From: a virus
Direction: 5' to 3' (one strand)
Virus record (IMG/VR): IMGVR_UViG_3300037486_000490
Coordinates: 1-64,000 of that record
DNA: 64,000 nucleotides
The stretch's first letter is position 1, and every line of letters starts with the position of its first letter. The notes beneath the pieces were generated by a model. That model had not been told where the DNA came from. It searched no databases and saw only the letters and a list, made by a program, of their open reading frames with translations. The translations under genes were made by a program, and so were the position numbers. Below are positions 56,950 through 64,000 of the stretch, one piece after another.

Positions 56950-57074
56950 AAGTTAATATCATTGTTAATAAATATAAGGTAAAATGCTTGTTATTCAAAT
57001 TTTTTTTTATGTCAATGTATATTAACTAATATATGAATATATCTATACCTTATGATGTACAAATGTACATGTCT

Positions 57075-57515
57075 CTAATCCTCCTCGTCCTCCTCAAAAT
57101 CTTCTTCATCATCATCATCGAAAGGTTCCTCAGGCTCACATCCGGGTATAGTATCCAGGCGGGACAAGTCTATATATCGGGGATTGGTAATCTGGAATCC
57201 GCCGGATATCTCATCGATTTTCATCATCGTTGAGAGTATGGTGATAGGGGAGAAGATGATTATGGGAAAGGTGAGCAGAGTACGGTTCTTATCTCTTATT
57301 ACGCTATAGATGGCATCTTCCTTAATGAATGGGGCTGGAAAGTAGGGTAAGGAAGAGGATACCCAGTCCAGGATAGAATCGTCAGGTCTGCCATTACGCA
57401 TCAGCTGATCCTTGATAGTCTTACCCATATTACGAGAAACCTGGATAGCTATCGTAAAGTTCTTACGATTGAGGATATCCTGCGCATTCGCCATCACAAT
57501 CTTACTTGCTCGCAT
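57075..57515 (-). CDS. Hypothetical protein with an acidic C-terminal tail
   Basis: 146 aa ending DDDDEEDFEEDEED; overlaps the upstream gene. Confidence 0.6.
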   Translation of the reverse strand: MRASKIVMANAQDILNRKNFTIAIQVSRNMGKTIKDQLMRNGRPDDSILDWVSSSLPYFPAPFIKEDAIYSVIRDKNRTLLTFPIIIFSPITILSTMMKIDEISGGFQITNPRYIDLSRLDTIPGCEPEEPFDDDDEEDFEEDEED

Positions 57516-57903
57516 CTGTTATAGAGAATTTACCAAAAGGTTTTTCCAAATAGTATTTCAACTTATACTCAAAGGCTTTCCGGTCCTTATTGACGTAATA
57601 CCGCTCAAGTATTATCGGGATATCCGCGATGCTATAGTCTAACCTTCCTACAAGGATTATAAGCCCCGCGCGCGTGAGGCGGTCAAGGGACTTGTCCAAC
57701 GTCCTTCTCCCCAGTCTCAACTCCCTCTCCAGCGCTCTCTTGCACAGGGAGATCCTGTTCTTTCTACTCCTTCCTACCAGCAGCAGCATCTTCTCAAATA
57801 CTGCTGCATCATCGAGCGTCCATTGAGATTGAACATGCTGAAGCTCACTGAAAGCTATAGACAAATTTAAGCTTTTATGCATAATATTATGTTGAATAAA
57901 CAA
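57502..57903 (-). CDS. Winged-helix DNA-binding protein (regulator candidate); start uncertain
   Basis: LERELRLGRRTLDKSLDRLTRAGLI HTH-like segment. Confidence 0.55.
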   Translation of the reverse strand: MFIQHNIMHKSLNLSIAFSELQHVQSQWTLDDAAVFEKMLLLVGRSRKNRISLCKRALERELRLGRRTLDKSLDRLTRAGLIILVGRLDYSIADIPIILERYYVNKDRKAFEYKLKYYLEKPFGKFSITDASK

Positions 57904-57928
57904 CCATTGTTGATAACTAACGCAATTT

Positions 57929-57973
57929 AAACAGAATAATATTTGGTTTGTATAAACCTATCGTATATATTTG
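57929..57973 (+). promoter_or_regulatory. Bacteroidota sigma70 promoter overlapped by an operator-like palindrome
   Basis: TTTG (57942-57945), 20-nt spacer, TATATTTG (57966-57973); AAACAGAATAATATTTGGTTT at 57929-57949. Confidence 0.65.
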
Positions 57974-57991
57974 CAACGTAAAAATTGATGA

Positions 57992-58240
57992 ATGGACATA
58001 CCAATTAAAGAAAAAAGAAACAGTCTCCTGGTGATAAGACTCACCGAGAGCGAAATGCAAATAGTACGAGCTTTTAAAAAGTCCAATCAGTTGATCAATA
58101 TATCTCATATTGTTCGTGAACATCTGCTTAAGGTAATTGCCGAGTGTACAAATGTACAACTTTCCGAAGAGAAATCCTCAACAGGAAATTCCAAGGACTG
58201 GATATGGATCAATCCTATCGAGGTAGTAGCCAATAAGTAG
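57992..58240 (+). CDS. Ribbon-helix-helix transcriptional regulator
   Basis: KRNSLLVIRLTESE...NISHIVRE RHH pattern; first gene of the rightward operon. Confidence 0.65.
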   Translation: MDIPIKEKRNSLLVIRLTESEMQIVRAFKKSNQLINISHIVREHLLKVIAECTNVQLSEEKSSTGNSKDWIWINPIEVVANK

Positions 58241-58273
58241 AAGTACGGTTGCCATTCAGTTCTTTGACATGTG

Positions 58274-58365
58274 GGTATCGGTTGTCTCGCTCTTGAGTGA
58301 GCGAGGGGACCAGGAGGACAAACCGGTGCGAAGACCACCGCAGCGCAAATAGGGCGAAACCCTTC
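58274..58365 (+). ncRNA. Candidate structured RNA
   Basis: Nested stems GTATCGGTTGTC/GACAAACCGGTGC, CTCGCTC/GAGCGAG, AGGG-CGAAA-CCCT; preceded by boxA-like GTTCTTTGACAT. Confidence 0.4.
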
Positions 58366-58404
58366 AATACCGAACGATGATGCTAATTAACGAAAATTTA
58401 TACA

Positions 58405-58434
58405 AGAGAGGGGGTTAACTCCCCCCTCTTCTTT
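58405..58434 (+). terminator. Intrinsic terminator
   Basis: AGAGAGGGGG/CCCCCCTCT stem followed by TCTTT. Confidence 0.65.
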
Positions 58435-58445
58435 AAAAGATTCTG

Positions 58446-58718
58446 ATGGTAAAAACCTTATTGACAATAGGCAACCGGGTCATGGTAACCTGGGGACAAC
58501 CCCACTTCGATTACCTGGAACCAAACAAACTTAAGGACCTTAAGCCGGAGCTGGTAGGGAAGGTTGGAACTATTCTGGACTTTCACCCTATGAAGGGGTA
58601 CAAGGTGCTGATAGACACTTCTCTTCCGATAGCAGGCAATAACCTCTTCTGGTTCAACGCGAACTGTATACGTCGACTCTCCTTCATAGAGAGCGTTATC
58701 GACTGGATAAAAAACTAA
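58446..58718 (+). CDS. Small SH3/KOW-like hypothetical protein
   Basis: IGNRVMV...GKVGTI...YKVLID. Confidence 0.6.
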   Translation: MVKTLLTIGNRVMVTWGQPHFDYLEPNKLKDLKPELVGKVGTILDFHPMKGYKVLIDTSLPIAGNNLFWFNANCIRRLSFIESVIDWIKN

Positions 58719-58727
58719 ATCAATACA

Positions 58728-58997
58728 ATGACTGAAGATGCATTTACAAAACCCCGGGTCATCATCTTCCCGGGGATCCCCGATAAGACCGGCGGATACC
58801 GAACCTTGAACAACAAGCCTCTTGCGCACAGGACGGCTTTTTATTGCAAGGTCATAAAAGGTGATGAGAACATGGGCGAAGTGTTCACTCCCGAAGAGAT
58901 AGACTATATCATTAAGGACTATGTAGTGAACAAGCTCAACAAGGAATTGGTGAGTAAATCTTTGAGGGATATTATCGTCCATATAAACAACTCATGA
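58728..58997 (+). CDS. Hypothetical protein
   Basis: A-rich translation initiation region; coupled operon. Confidence 0.6.
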   Translation: MTEDAFTKPRVIIFPGIPDKTGGYRTLNNKPLAHRTAFYCKVIKGDENMGEVFTPEEIDYIIKDYVVNKLNKELVSKSLRDIIVHINNS

Positions 58998-59263
58998 GTA
59001 TCAAACATCTTATGAAAGATCTACTTCCTTCCGACCTTCCTTTTCCAAAAAAAGCTGACGACCTCATTGGGCGGGTTATTCCATGTCCCCACCCCAATTG
59101 TGGTACGATGCTGGATATAGGAAGCGGAGGAGTAGAACATTTTGGACATCGTCACATATTCAAGATGAGTCTGGAGGAGCTGTTTCAGATGACCTTATGG
59201 GGTAATAAGATAGATCGCCTGCTATGGTTTGGCAATAAAACACAATCTCATAATAACACTTAA
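58994..59263 (+). CDS. Hypothetical zinc-binding protein
   Basis: CPHPNC...H..H; ATGA overlap with upstream gene. Confidence 0.6.
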   Translation: MSIKHLMKDLLPSDLPFPKKADDLIGRVIPCPHPNCGTMLDIGSGGVEHFGHRHIFKMSLEELFQMTLWGNKIDRLLWFGNKTQSHNNT

Positions 59264-59322
59264 AGATGGCAAAGAAAACAAAAGGCAAGGGTAAAGGCAA
59301 AAGTTGCTGACCCTTTGGTAAA

Positions 59323-59396
59323 TGCGGGGTGGTAGTAGTGGTTAACTCGCGAGCCCCATAAGCTCGAGATCGTAGATTCGAATTCTACCCCCGCAA
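59323..59396 (+). tRNA. tRNA-Met(CAT), initiator-like but atypical
   Basis: TGCGGGG/CCCCGCA acceptor stem, CGAGC-CCCATAA-GCTCG anticodon arm, GTAGA-TTCGAAT-TCTAC T-arm. Confidence 0.8.
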
Positions 59397-59411
59397 CTAA
59401 GATAAATATGT

Positions 59412-59915
59412 ATGAGTAAACGAGCAGCAAAAATAGCAATAGAAAAAGGATTTTACATTGATGATGCTGGGGAGGTATGGATCAATGGACGTCCTAAAGT
59501 CACTTCCCTTCGTAAAGGGTATAAGCGATTTACTATTAGGGATGCAGAAAGCAGAATGATTCCAGTTTTAGTACATCAACTACAAGCACTCCAGACGTAC
59601 GGAGATGAGTACTTAAAACTTGGTGTTGTAGCCAGACATCTTGATAATAATCCTCTTAACAATTTTAAAGCAAATATTGCCATTGGCACTGCCCACGATA
59701 ATGCAATGGATAATCCAAAGGAGGATAGGATAGCCCGGGCAACTCATGCTGCGTCTTTTAATAGGGCATTCACTGATAGCATAGTTGCTGATATCAAACG
59801 GGATAGAATAGACGGTATGACCTACAGACAACTCATCTTGAAGTACAATACTTCAAAGGGTACGTTGTCTTTCCTGTTTAACTTTTCAAGTTACTACAAA
59901 CGAATAGAAGTATAA
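59412..59915 (+). CDS. HNH homing endonuclease with C-terminal HTH
   Basis: GYKRF, VHQLQA, ARHLDNNPLNN...NI..GT..DN. Confidence 0.85.
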   Translation: MSKRAAKIAIEKGFYIDDAGEVWINGRPKVTSLRKGYKRFTIRDAESRMIPVLVHQLQALQTYGDEYLKLGVVARHLDNNPLNNFKANIAIGTAHDNAMDNPKEDRIARATHAASFNRAFTDSIVADIKRDRIDGMTYRQLILKYNTSKGTLSFLFNFSSYYKRIEV

Positions 59916-59920
59916 TGGTG

Positions 59921-59988
59921 ACCCTCTTAGTTTAATGGTAGAATCCCGGTTTAGCTGGGAGATGCGAGTCCGACTCTCGCAGAGGGTT
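59921..59988 (+). tRNA. tRNA-like gene with a shrunken anticodon loop (identity undetermined)
   Basis: ACCCTCT/AGAGGGT acceptor stem, TAGTTTAATGGTAGAA D-arm, CCCGG-TTTAG-CTGGG arm, GCGAG-TCCGACT-CTCGC T-arm. Confidence 0.6.
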
Positions 59989-60006
59989 CTAACTAAATCA
60001 ACAAAA

Positions 60007-60543
60007 ATGCAAATTTTACTTGACATGGATGGAGTCCTCTCGGACTTTACATCCGGCGCACTTGATGCGCTGAATAAGAAATACAACAAGCGCCATACAA
60101 TTGTCTCCTACGCTGCTGATTATGGCAAGTGGGACATAGCATCGCTATACGGTATAACGGACAAAGAGTTATGGTCAGTTATTAAACAGACCGAGGGGTT
60201 CTGGATGAGCTTAAAGCCACTTCCATGGTTCAGGGAGCTCTACGCTGCTCTTGCAGAGAGGGGAGAGGTGACCATACTCACTACCCCGTCCTGGGATCCT
60301 GATTGTGCTAAACAGAAGCTCCAGTGGTTGAAGATGTATCTGGGAGTGAACTCTGAGGCGGTGATGATGGGTGCTCGCAAGGAGCTACTGGCTGGTAATG
60401 GGTTACTGATAGATGACAGCGAGGCTAACTTCAAAAGGTTCATCATTGCCGGTGGTGATGCGGTGTTGGTACCGAGCAACTGGAACACGATAGAGATAAG
60501 TTTCCTTGATGTGTGGAACGAGATTGAAAGGGTGATGGGATGA
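60007..60543 (+). CDS. HAD-family 5'(3')-deoxyribonucleotidase (NT5C-like)
   Basis: ILLDMDGVLSDF, ILT, K..WL, LLIDD; start moved to ATG 60007 because the track's extension overlaps the tRNA-like gene. Confidence 0.88.
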   Translation: MQILLDMDGVLSDFTSGALDALNKKYNKRHTIVSYAADYGKWDIASLYGITDKELWSVIKQTEGFWMSLKPLPWFRELYAALAERGEVTILTTPSWDPDCAKQKLQWLKMYLGVNSEAVMMGARKELLAGNGLLIDDSEANFKRFIIAGGDAVLVPSNWNTIEISFLDVWNEIERVMG

Positions 60544-60830
60544 GCGCAGAATTATACAGACCTATAGAATTAACTTTTCCAGGGTATCGTGATCCTATTA
60601 CCGGATTGTGCTACACCTTGGATGGTAAGAGACAATTGACTCCTGGAACTAACAAGTACACTTTGTATTTTGGAGAAGGCATAGTGCTATCTCCGGAGGA
60701 GACGAGTTTCCTTGTTAAAAAGGTAACAAGACTTGAATCGCACTACAGAGCTATAAATCATGACGTTCAGAGACTCGCAACATTATTGCGGGATAATGAA
60801 TATAACGGTATGAGGGATATTTTGCTATGA
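60540..60830 (+). CDS. Hypothetical protein
   Basis: ATGA-coupled ORF. Confidence 0.6.
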   Translation: MSAELYRPIELTFPGYRDPITGLCYTLDGKRQLTPGTNKYTLYFGEGIVLSPEETSFLVKKVTRLESHYRAINHDVQRLATLLRDNEYNGMRDILL

Positions 60831-61072
60831 GCTGGTTCATTATTACTACCGACACTGGTACGATATATATGGGTGAGGAGAACATGAGATTGTTTGATAA
60901 GGCTTGTAAAGAGTATGTTGCTCAATTAAAACAAGAAGAGGAGATGAAGAACTATACAGGAGTGAAGCAGAAAGCAGAGTTGGAGAAGATGATAAGAGAG
61001 TACGGTCAGTCTGCCTGGTATAGAAGGTTATGGAGATATATTCAAATGAGTTTAAAAATACACAAGATATGA
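60827..61072 (+). CDS. Hypothetical protein
   Basis: ATGA-coupled ORF. Confidence 0.6.
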   Translation: MSWFIITTDTGTIYMGEENMRLFDKACKEYVAQLKQEEEMKNYTGVKQKAELEKMIREYGQSAWYRRLWRYIQMSLKIHKI

Positions 61073-61308
61073 GCACAGTAGAAGAATTAAAGCGGGAGTA
61101 TGTAGAAGATCTGATAAGTAGACCGCATACAGCGATAGAGTACAGGGTAGCTCTGGACGATCTGCTGCATAAGCTGCTCCCGAACTCTCAGGAGACTGAG
61201 GAGTTTGCACGGAAGAGATATCCTGCGGGAGCAAGTATGTATATGTTAGGCAAGCAGGTAGGTATTATGAGGGGAGCCTCATGGATACGGGAAAAGATAT
61301 TCGGTTAG
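61069..61308 (+). CDS. Hypothetical protein
   Basis: ATGA-coupled start MSTVEELKRE. Confidence 0.6.
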   Translation: MSTVEELKREYVEDLISRPHTAIEYRVALDDLLHKLLPNSQETEEFARKRYPAGASMYMLGKQVGIMRGASWIREKIFG

Positions 61309-61331
61309 TTTCATAGTTGTTGATTAGTTGG

Positions 61332-61361
61332 AAAGCGCCCTCAGAGATGGGGGCGTTTTTT
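61332..61361 (+). terminator. Intrinsic terminator
   Basis: AAAGCGCCCTC/GGGGGCGTTTT stem plus T-tract. Confidence 0.8.
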
Positions 61362-61637
61362 ATCTTCATTTGTCACGTTATTGATGACAGAAACGTGACA
61401 TTCATGATGCAGAATGTAGTTTACAAAGTGTTATACCCGAAGTGGTATAAGTGTGGGGGATTGTGGAAAATCTATACCCGATCGGGTGAGGTGGTGGAAA
61501 AAATTATCCGGAAAATTTTTAGTGGAAAAATTTGTAGTCGGGGAGTGTGTTGAGAGGGTACCTCCTTCCCGACTCCCCCCCTTTAGTTTGAGAGCGGATA
61601 CCCCGTCCTCATTCTAAACCACGCTAAAATTACGACC

Positions 61638-61916
61638 ATGTCAAAAATCTATTCAGTTATTCAGATTGAAGCTGCACGCAGCTTTGAAAACGGTTCAATG
61701 CAGAGAGCTATCCTTATGGATGCAGAAGGCAACACCACGCATAAGTACTATCCTGAAGGCACACGCACTGTAGGAGAGATAGTCATGCTGCAGGATAGCA
61801 CATACGAAGGAGCACCATGCTTAAAGCACGTTGCAGTCGTTGATGCCGCTCTGCTCACAGCTATGAAGGCTGCCAAGGGTAACCTGACCAAGACAGCAGC
61901 ACAGCTCGTCTTCTAA
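61638..61916 (+). CDS. Small beta-rich protein (OB-fold-like), probable first early gene
   Basis: Clean 92-aa ORF after the compositional switch, followed by a long hairpin at 61922-61963. Confidence 0.6.
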   Translation: MSKIYSVIQIEAARSFENGSMQRAILMDAEGNTTHKYYPEGTRTVGEIVMLQDSTYEGAPCLKHVAVVDAALLTAMKAAKGNLTKTAAQLVF

Positions 61917-62083
61917 CATACAGCACACAAAGCAAGCGCTTCGCGCTTGCCTTGCTGTGTGCTACACCATACCACTAATCACATATGGAACGCTGGATCA
62001 TTTACCTCGGACTTTACATGACATGGGCAGATTATCTGCTCTGGGACAGAACTTAGCTGAGTGTTTGAGTAACGCTCTGTAAC

Positions 62084-62166
62084 AAATGGGAGACACACCG
62101 CAACCGGGCGACGGATGGGTGTGACCGAGTGGTGCGCAGGTCTGGACAACCTGTGTTCTCCCATTT
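62084..62166 (+). ncRNA. Candidate multi-stem structured RNA
   Basis: AAATGGGAGA/TCTCCCATTT closing stem with CACACC/GGTGTG and CAGGT/ACCTG inner stems. Confidence 0.45.
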
Positions 62167-62327
62167 TATATTACCAGTCCAAACATCACATATTTATATC
62201 ACTCTAATACTATTTTATCCAATTATGTCAAAATAGTATCATTGATAACCGTACAGTCGGTACACCCTGGGTGAAGAGCTTGAGCCACTTATCAATGTTT
62301 CCTTTGCAACCAACTAAATCAACTAAT

Positions 62328-62549
62328 ATGATAAAGTTCTTAAAAATAACACTTGTAGTATTAATTGTAGCTCTGATACTGCTTACAATTAATATGCTGG
62401 TAACAATTCTCAATCCCAGCAATTACCAGCGTATAGAAGCAGCCAAGAAAGATGGACGCTGGGAGAAATTTGAAACATGTATTGAGTATCATCCAAGCGA
62501 CTACGTATGTGACAGCTGTTGGAATGCTATCATACTCCAAAAGAAATAA
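62328..62549 (+). CDS. Small membrane protein with a C-terminal Cys motif
   Basis: MIKFLKITLVVLIVALILL TM segment; C...CDSC. Confidence 0.6.
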   Translation: MIKFLKITLVVLIVALILLTINMLVTILNPSNYQRIEAAKKDGRWEKFETCIEYHPSDYVCDSCWNAIILQKK

Positions 62550-62551
62550 TC

Positions 62552-62677
62552 ATGGAAGAGATTAAGTCACAGTTAACCCACCTAACAGTAGGGGAGCTTG
62601 AAGAGCTTGTAAAGTTTATCAACAAAATGCTCATAGCTCGTATCTTCCAAAGACAATCGCCCTTGCATCAGCTCTAA
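62552..62677 (+). CDS. 41-aa helical hypothetical protein
   Basis: Hand translation MEEIKSQLTHLTVGELEELVKFINKMLIARIFQRQSPLHQL*. Confidence 0.5.
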   Translation: MEEIKSQLTHLTVGELEELVKFINKMLIARIFQRQSPLHQL

Positions 62678-62772
62678 TGCGTCACGCGTAGTGATAGCCA
62701 CTGTCTGGTGTAGGGCATTTATACCAGGTCGATGGGCTCATAACCATTGTAATGACGAGATCCTGGTAACAT

Positions 62773-62906
62773 GTTGAGATGGCGAAATAGGGAACCGCTA
62801 ATAATGATGTATGTCAGACCCAGGACAAGGTGATAGCTTGAACTCATTATTAATTATCTGAAAGTCTTAAAGATAAATGCAGGTTCGAATCCTGCTCTCA
62901 ACACCA
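62773..62906 (+). ncRNA. 134-nt tRNA-like RNA (Leu-type scaffold) with an expanded anticodon arm
   Basis: GTTGAGA/TCTCAAC+A+CCA; GCG..CGC D-arm; TAATAATGA/TCATTATTA stem closing 36 nt; TTATCT/AGATAA variable arm; GCAGG-TTCGAAT-CCTGC T-arm. Confidence 0.75.
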
Positions 62907-62926
62907 ACTAACTAAACTAATATGCG

Positions 62927-63091
62927 ATGGAAAAAGAAGTAATCAAGCTTGTCACCATATCCCTGTGTGACAGCTGCACCAAGAGTGAAATATGTGCACT
63001 CACACCTGAACAGCAGGAATTAATACCAGTACGTACATGCTCATCACATGTAGCAATACCTGAAATTGATGATGATACTGTTAAATTATAA
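62927..63091 (+). CDS. 54-aa Cys-containing hypothetical protein
   Basis: Hand translation MEKEVIKLVTISLCDSCTKSEICALTPEQQELIPVRTCSSH...*. Confidence 0.5.
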   Translation: MEKEVIKLVTISLCDSCTKSEICALTPEQQELIPVRTCSSHVAIPEIDDDTVKL

Positions 63092-63431
63092 TTGCCATCC
63101 GACAGCCGGAACTGAAGTAAGTCGTATACTCGTATTCATCAAGAGTTTCACACTCGCTGGCAATTTACTTGGATTATTGCGAGTAATGCCTATGCTTCAA
63201 TAGCATACGGTATAGATCATAATCCTCTTTGACCACCTTGAGCTGGTGGTATATAAATAAGCTCCCAAATACGGAATGAATACCTGCCGAAATACGGATT
63301 TGTTCTGCTTATACCAGGGTAGCCTTGATATCAATGAACGGCGTTGACGTTGAAGCTTAATCTATCCCTGGTTATTTTATACCGATGCTTTAGCCATTGG
63401 TATTTTTGCTCATAGGTTAGGTTTAGGTTGG

Positions 63432-63467
63432 GGCATCGCATCTCCTTAGTGAGGTGCGATGCTTTTT
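63432..63467 (+). terminator. Intrinsic terminator
   Basis: GCATCGCATCTC/GAGGTGCGATGC stem plus TTTTT. Confidence 0.8.
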
Positions 63468-63491
63468 GAAACTCATTAAACTCATATATAA

Positions 63492-63902
63492 ATGAAAAAA
63501 ATATTACTGATCGTAATGCTGGTTACGGTAACACTTGTTACAATAGCTCAACCCAAATATTTCATGGCAAATAATATCCGTGTATGGGATGGCGATACTA
63601 ATAAGGGTTACACCGAACTTCTACAGACTCTCGTCATCGAATTAGACGTAGCCAATTCCACAATTAAATTCCTTAATCAAAACTGGTATGAAGGCTATAG
63701 TGTACTCGGTACCCGGGACAGCTATGATATTACTGATGAAGAAGATGGTACTACCGGTCAGGTGTTTACCTATATAACTACAGATCTTCAATCATCAGTA
63801 TGTACCGTTGAATTTGTCTATTACTCAGACGACTCAATCTATATGTTCTGTGAAAAGATCAAAGAGTGCAGACGCTGGGCTTATAAACTAACAGAATTAT
63901 GA
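63492..63902 (+). CDS. Secreted beta-rich hypothetical protein
   Basis: Signal peptide MKKILLIVMLVTVTLVTIA|Q. Confidence 0.65.
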   Translation: MKKILLIVMLVTVTLVTIAQPKYFMANNIRVWDGDTNKGYTELLQTLVIELDVANSTIKFLNQNWYEGYSVLGTRDSYDITDEEDGTTGQVFTYITTDLQSSVCTVEFVYYSDDSIYMFCEKIKECRRWAYKLTEL

Positions 63903-64000
63903 AAAAAGCATTTCTCCTATCCCTTCTAACAGTCTTATTCACATTCTCCTGTGATAAACCTGCCATTATCTGCTATCACTGTAGAATCTATGTAATAAAA
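63899..64000 (+). CDS. Lipoprotein, partial (runs off the right edge)
   Basis: MKKAFLLSLLTVLFTFS|CDK lipobox; ATGA overlap. Confidence 0.55.
   Translation, partial: MKKAFLLSLLTVLFTFSCDKPAIICYHCRIYVIK

Noticed and set aside
59266-59310. Basic micro-ORF MAKKTKGKGKGKSC
   Set aside because: Only 14 codons; plausible but not supportable from sequence alone
1-64000. Stop-codon reassignment, as known in some crAss phages
   Set aside because: Long genes (TerL, portal, capsid, muzzle) are intact in the standard code, and TAA, TAG and TGA all end genes

Overview
The whole window is one phage genome segment, a crAss-like (Crassvirales-type) phage of a Bacteroidota host. No host DNA is recognisable. 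The minus strand (55343 to <1) carries the late module: a Tad1/Acb2-like small gene, an HTH gene, IHF/HU-like genes, a metallophosphoesterase, TerL, portal, scaffold, major capsid, amidase, ring/hub/fibre genes, muzzle, cargo proteins and a >3900-aa virion RNA polymerase polyprotein. The ORF track omits that polyprotein because it runs off the left edge; it contains a zincin HExxH motif, the catalytic DFDVD motif and a NADAR domain. A roughly 14.5 kb block (23151-37661) inside the tail module holds nine Sec-signal-peptide proteins (fibre-like and beta-helix enzymes), a metacaspase and a circularly permuted FISUMP domain; part of it is bracketed by a 36-bp direct repeat. At 55.3-58.2 kb is an apparent lysogeny module, unusual for crAss-like phages: a tyrosine integrase, an attP-like site matching the 3' arm of tRNA-Asp with phased arm repeats, a repeated 21-bp operator-like palindrome and divergent small regulators. 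The plus-strand right arm holds small genes, an HNH endonuclease, a 5'-nucleotidase, three atypical tRNA or tRNA-like genes and several structured RNA candidates. All family calls come from motif recognition and synteny by eye; no database search was run.
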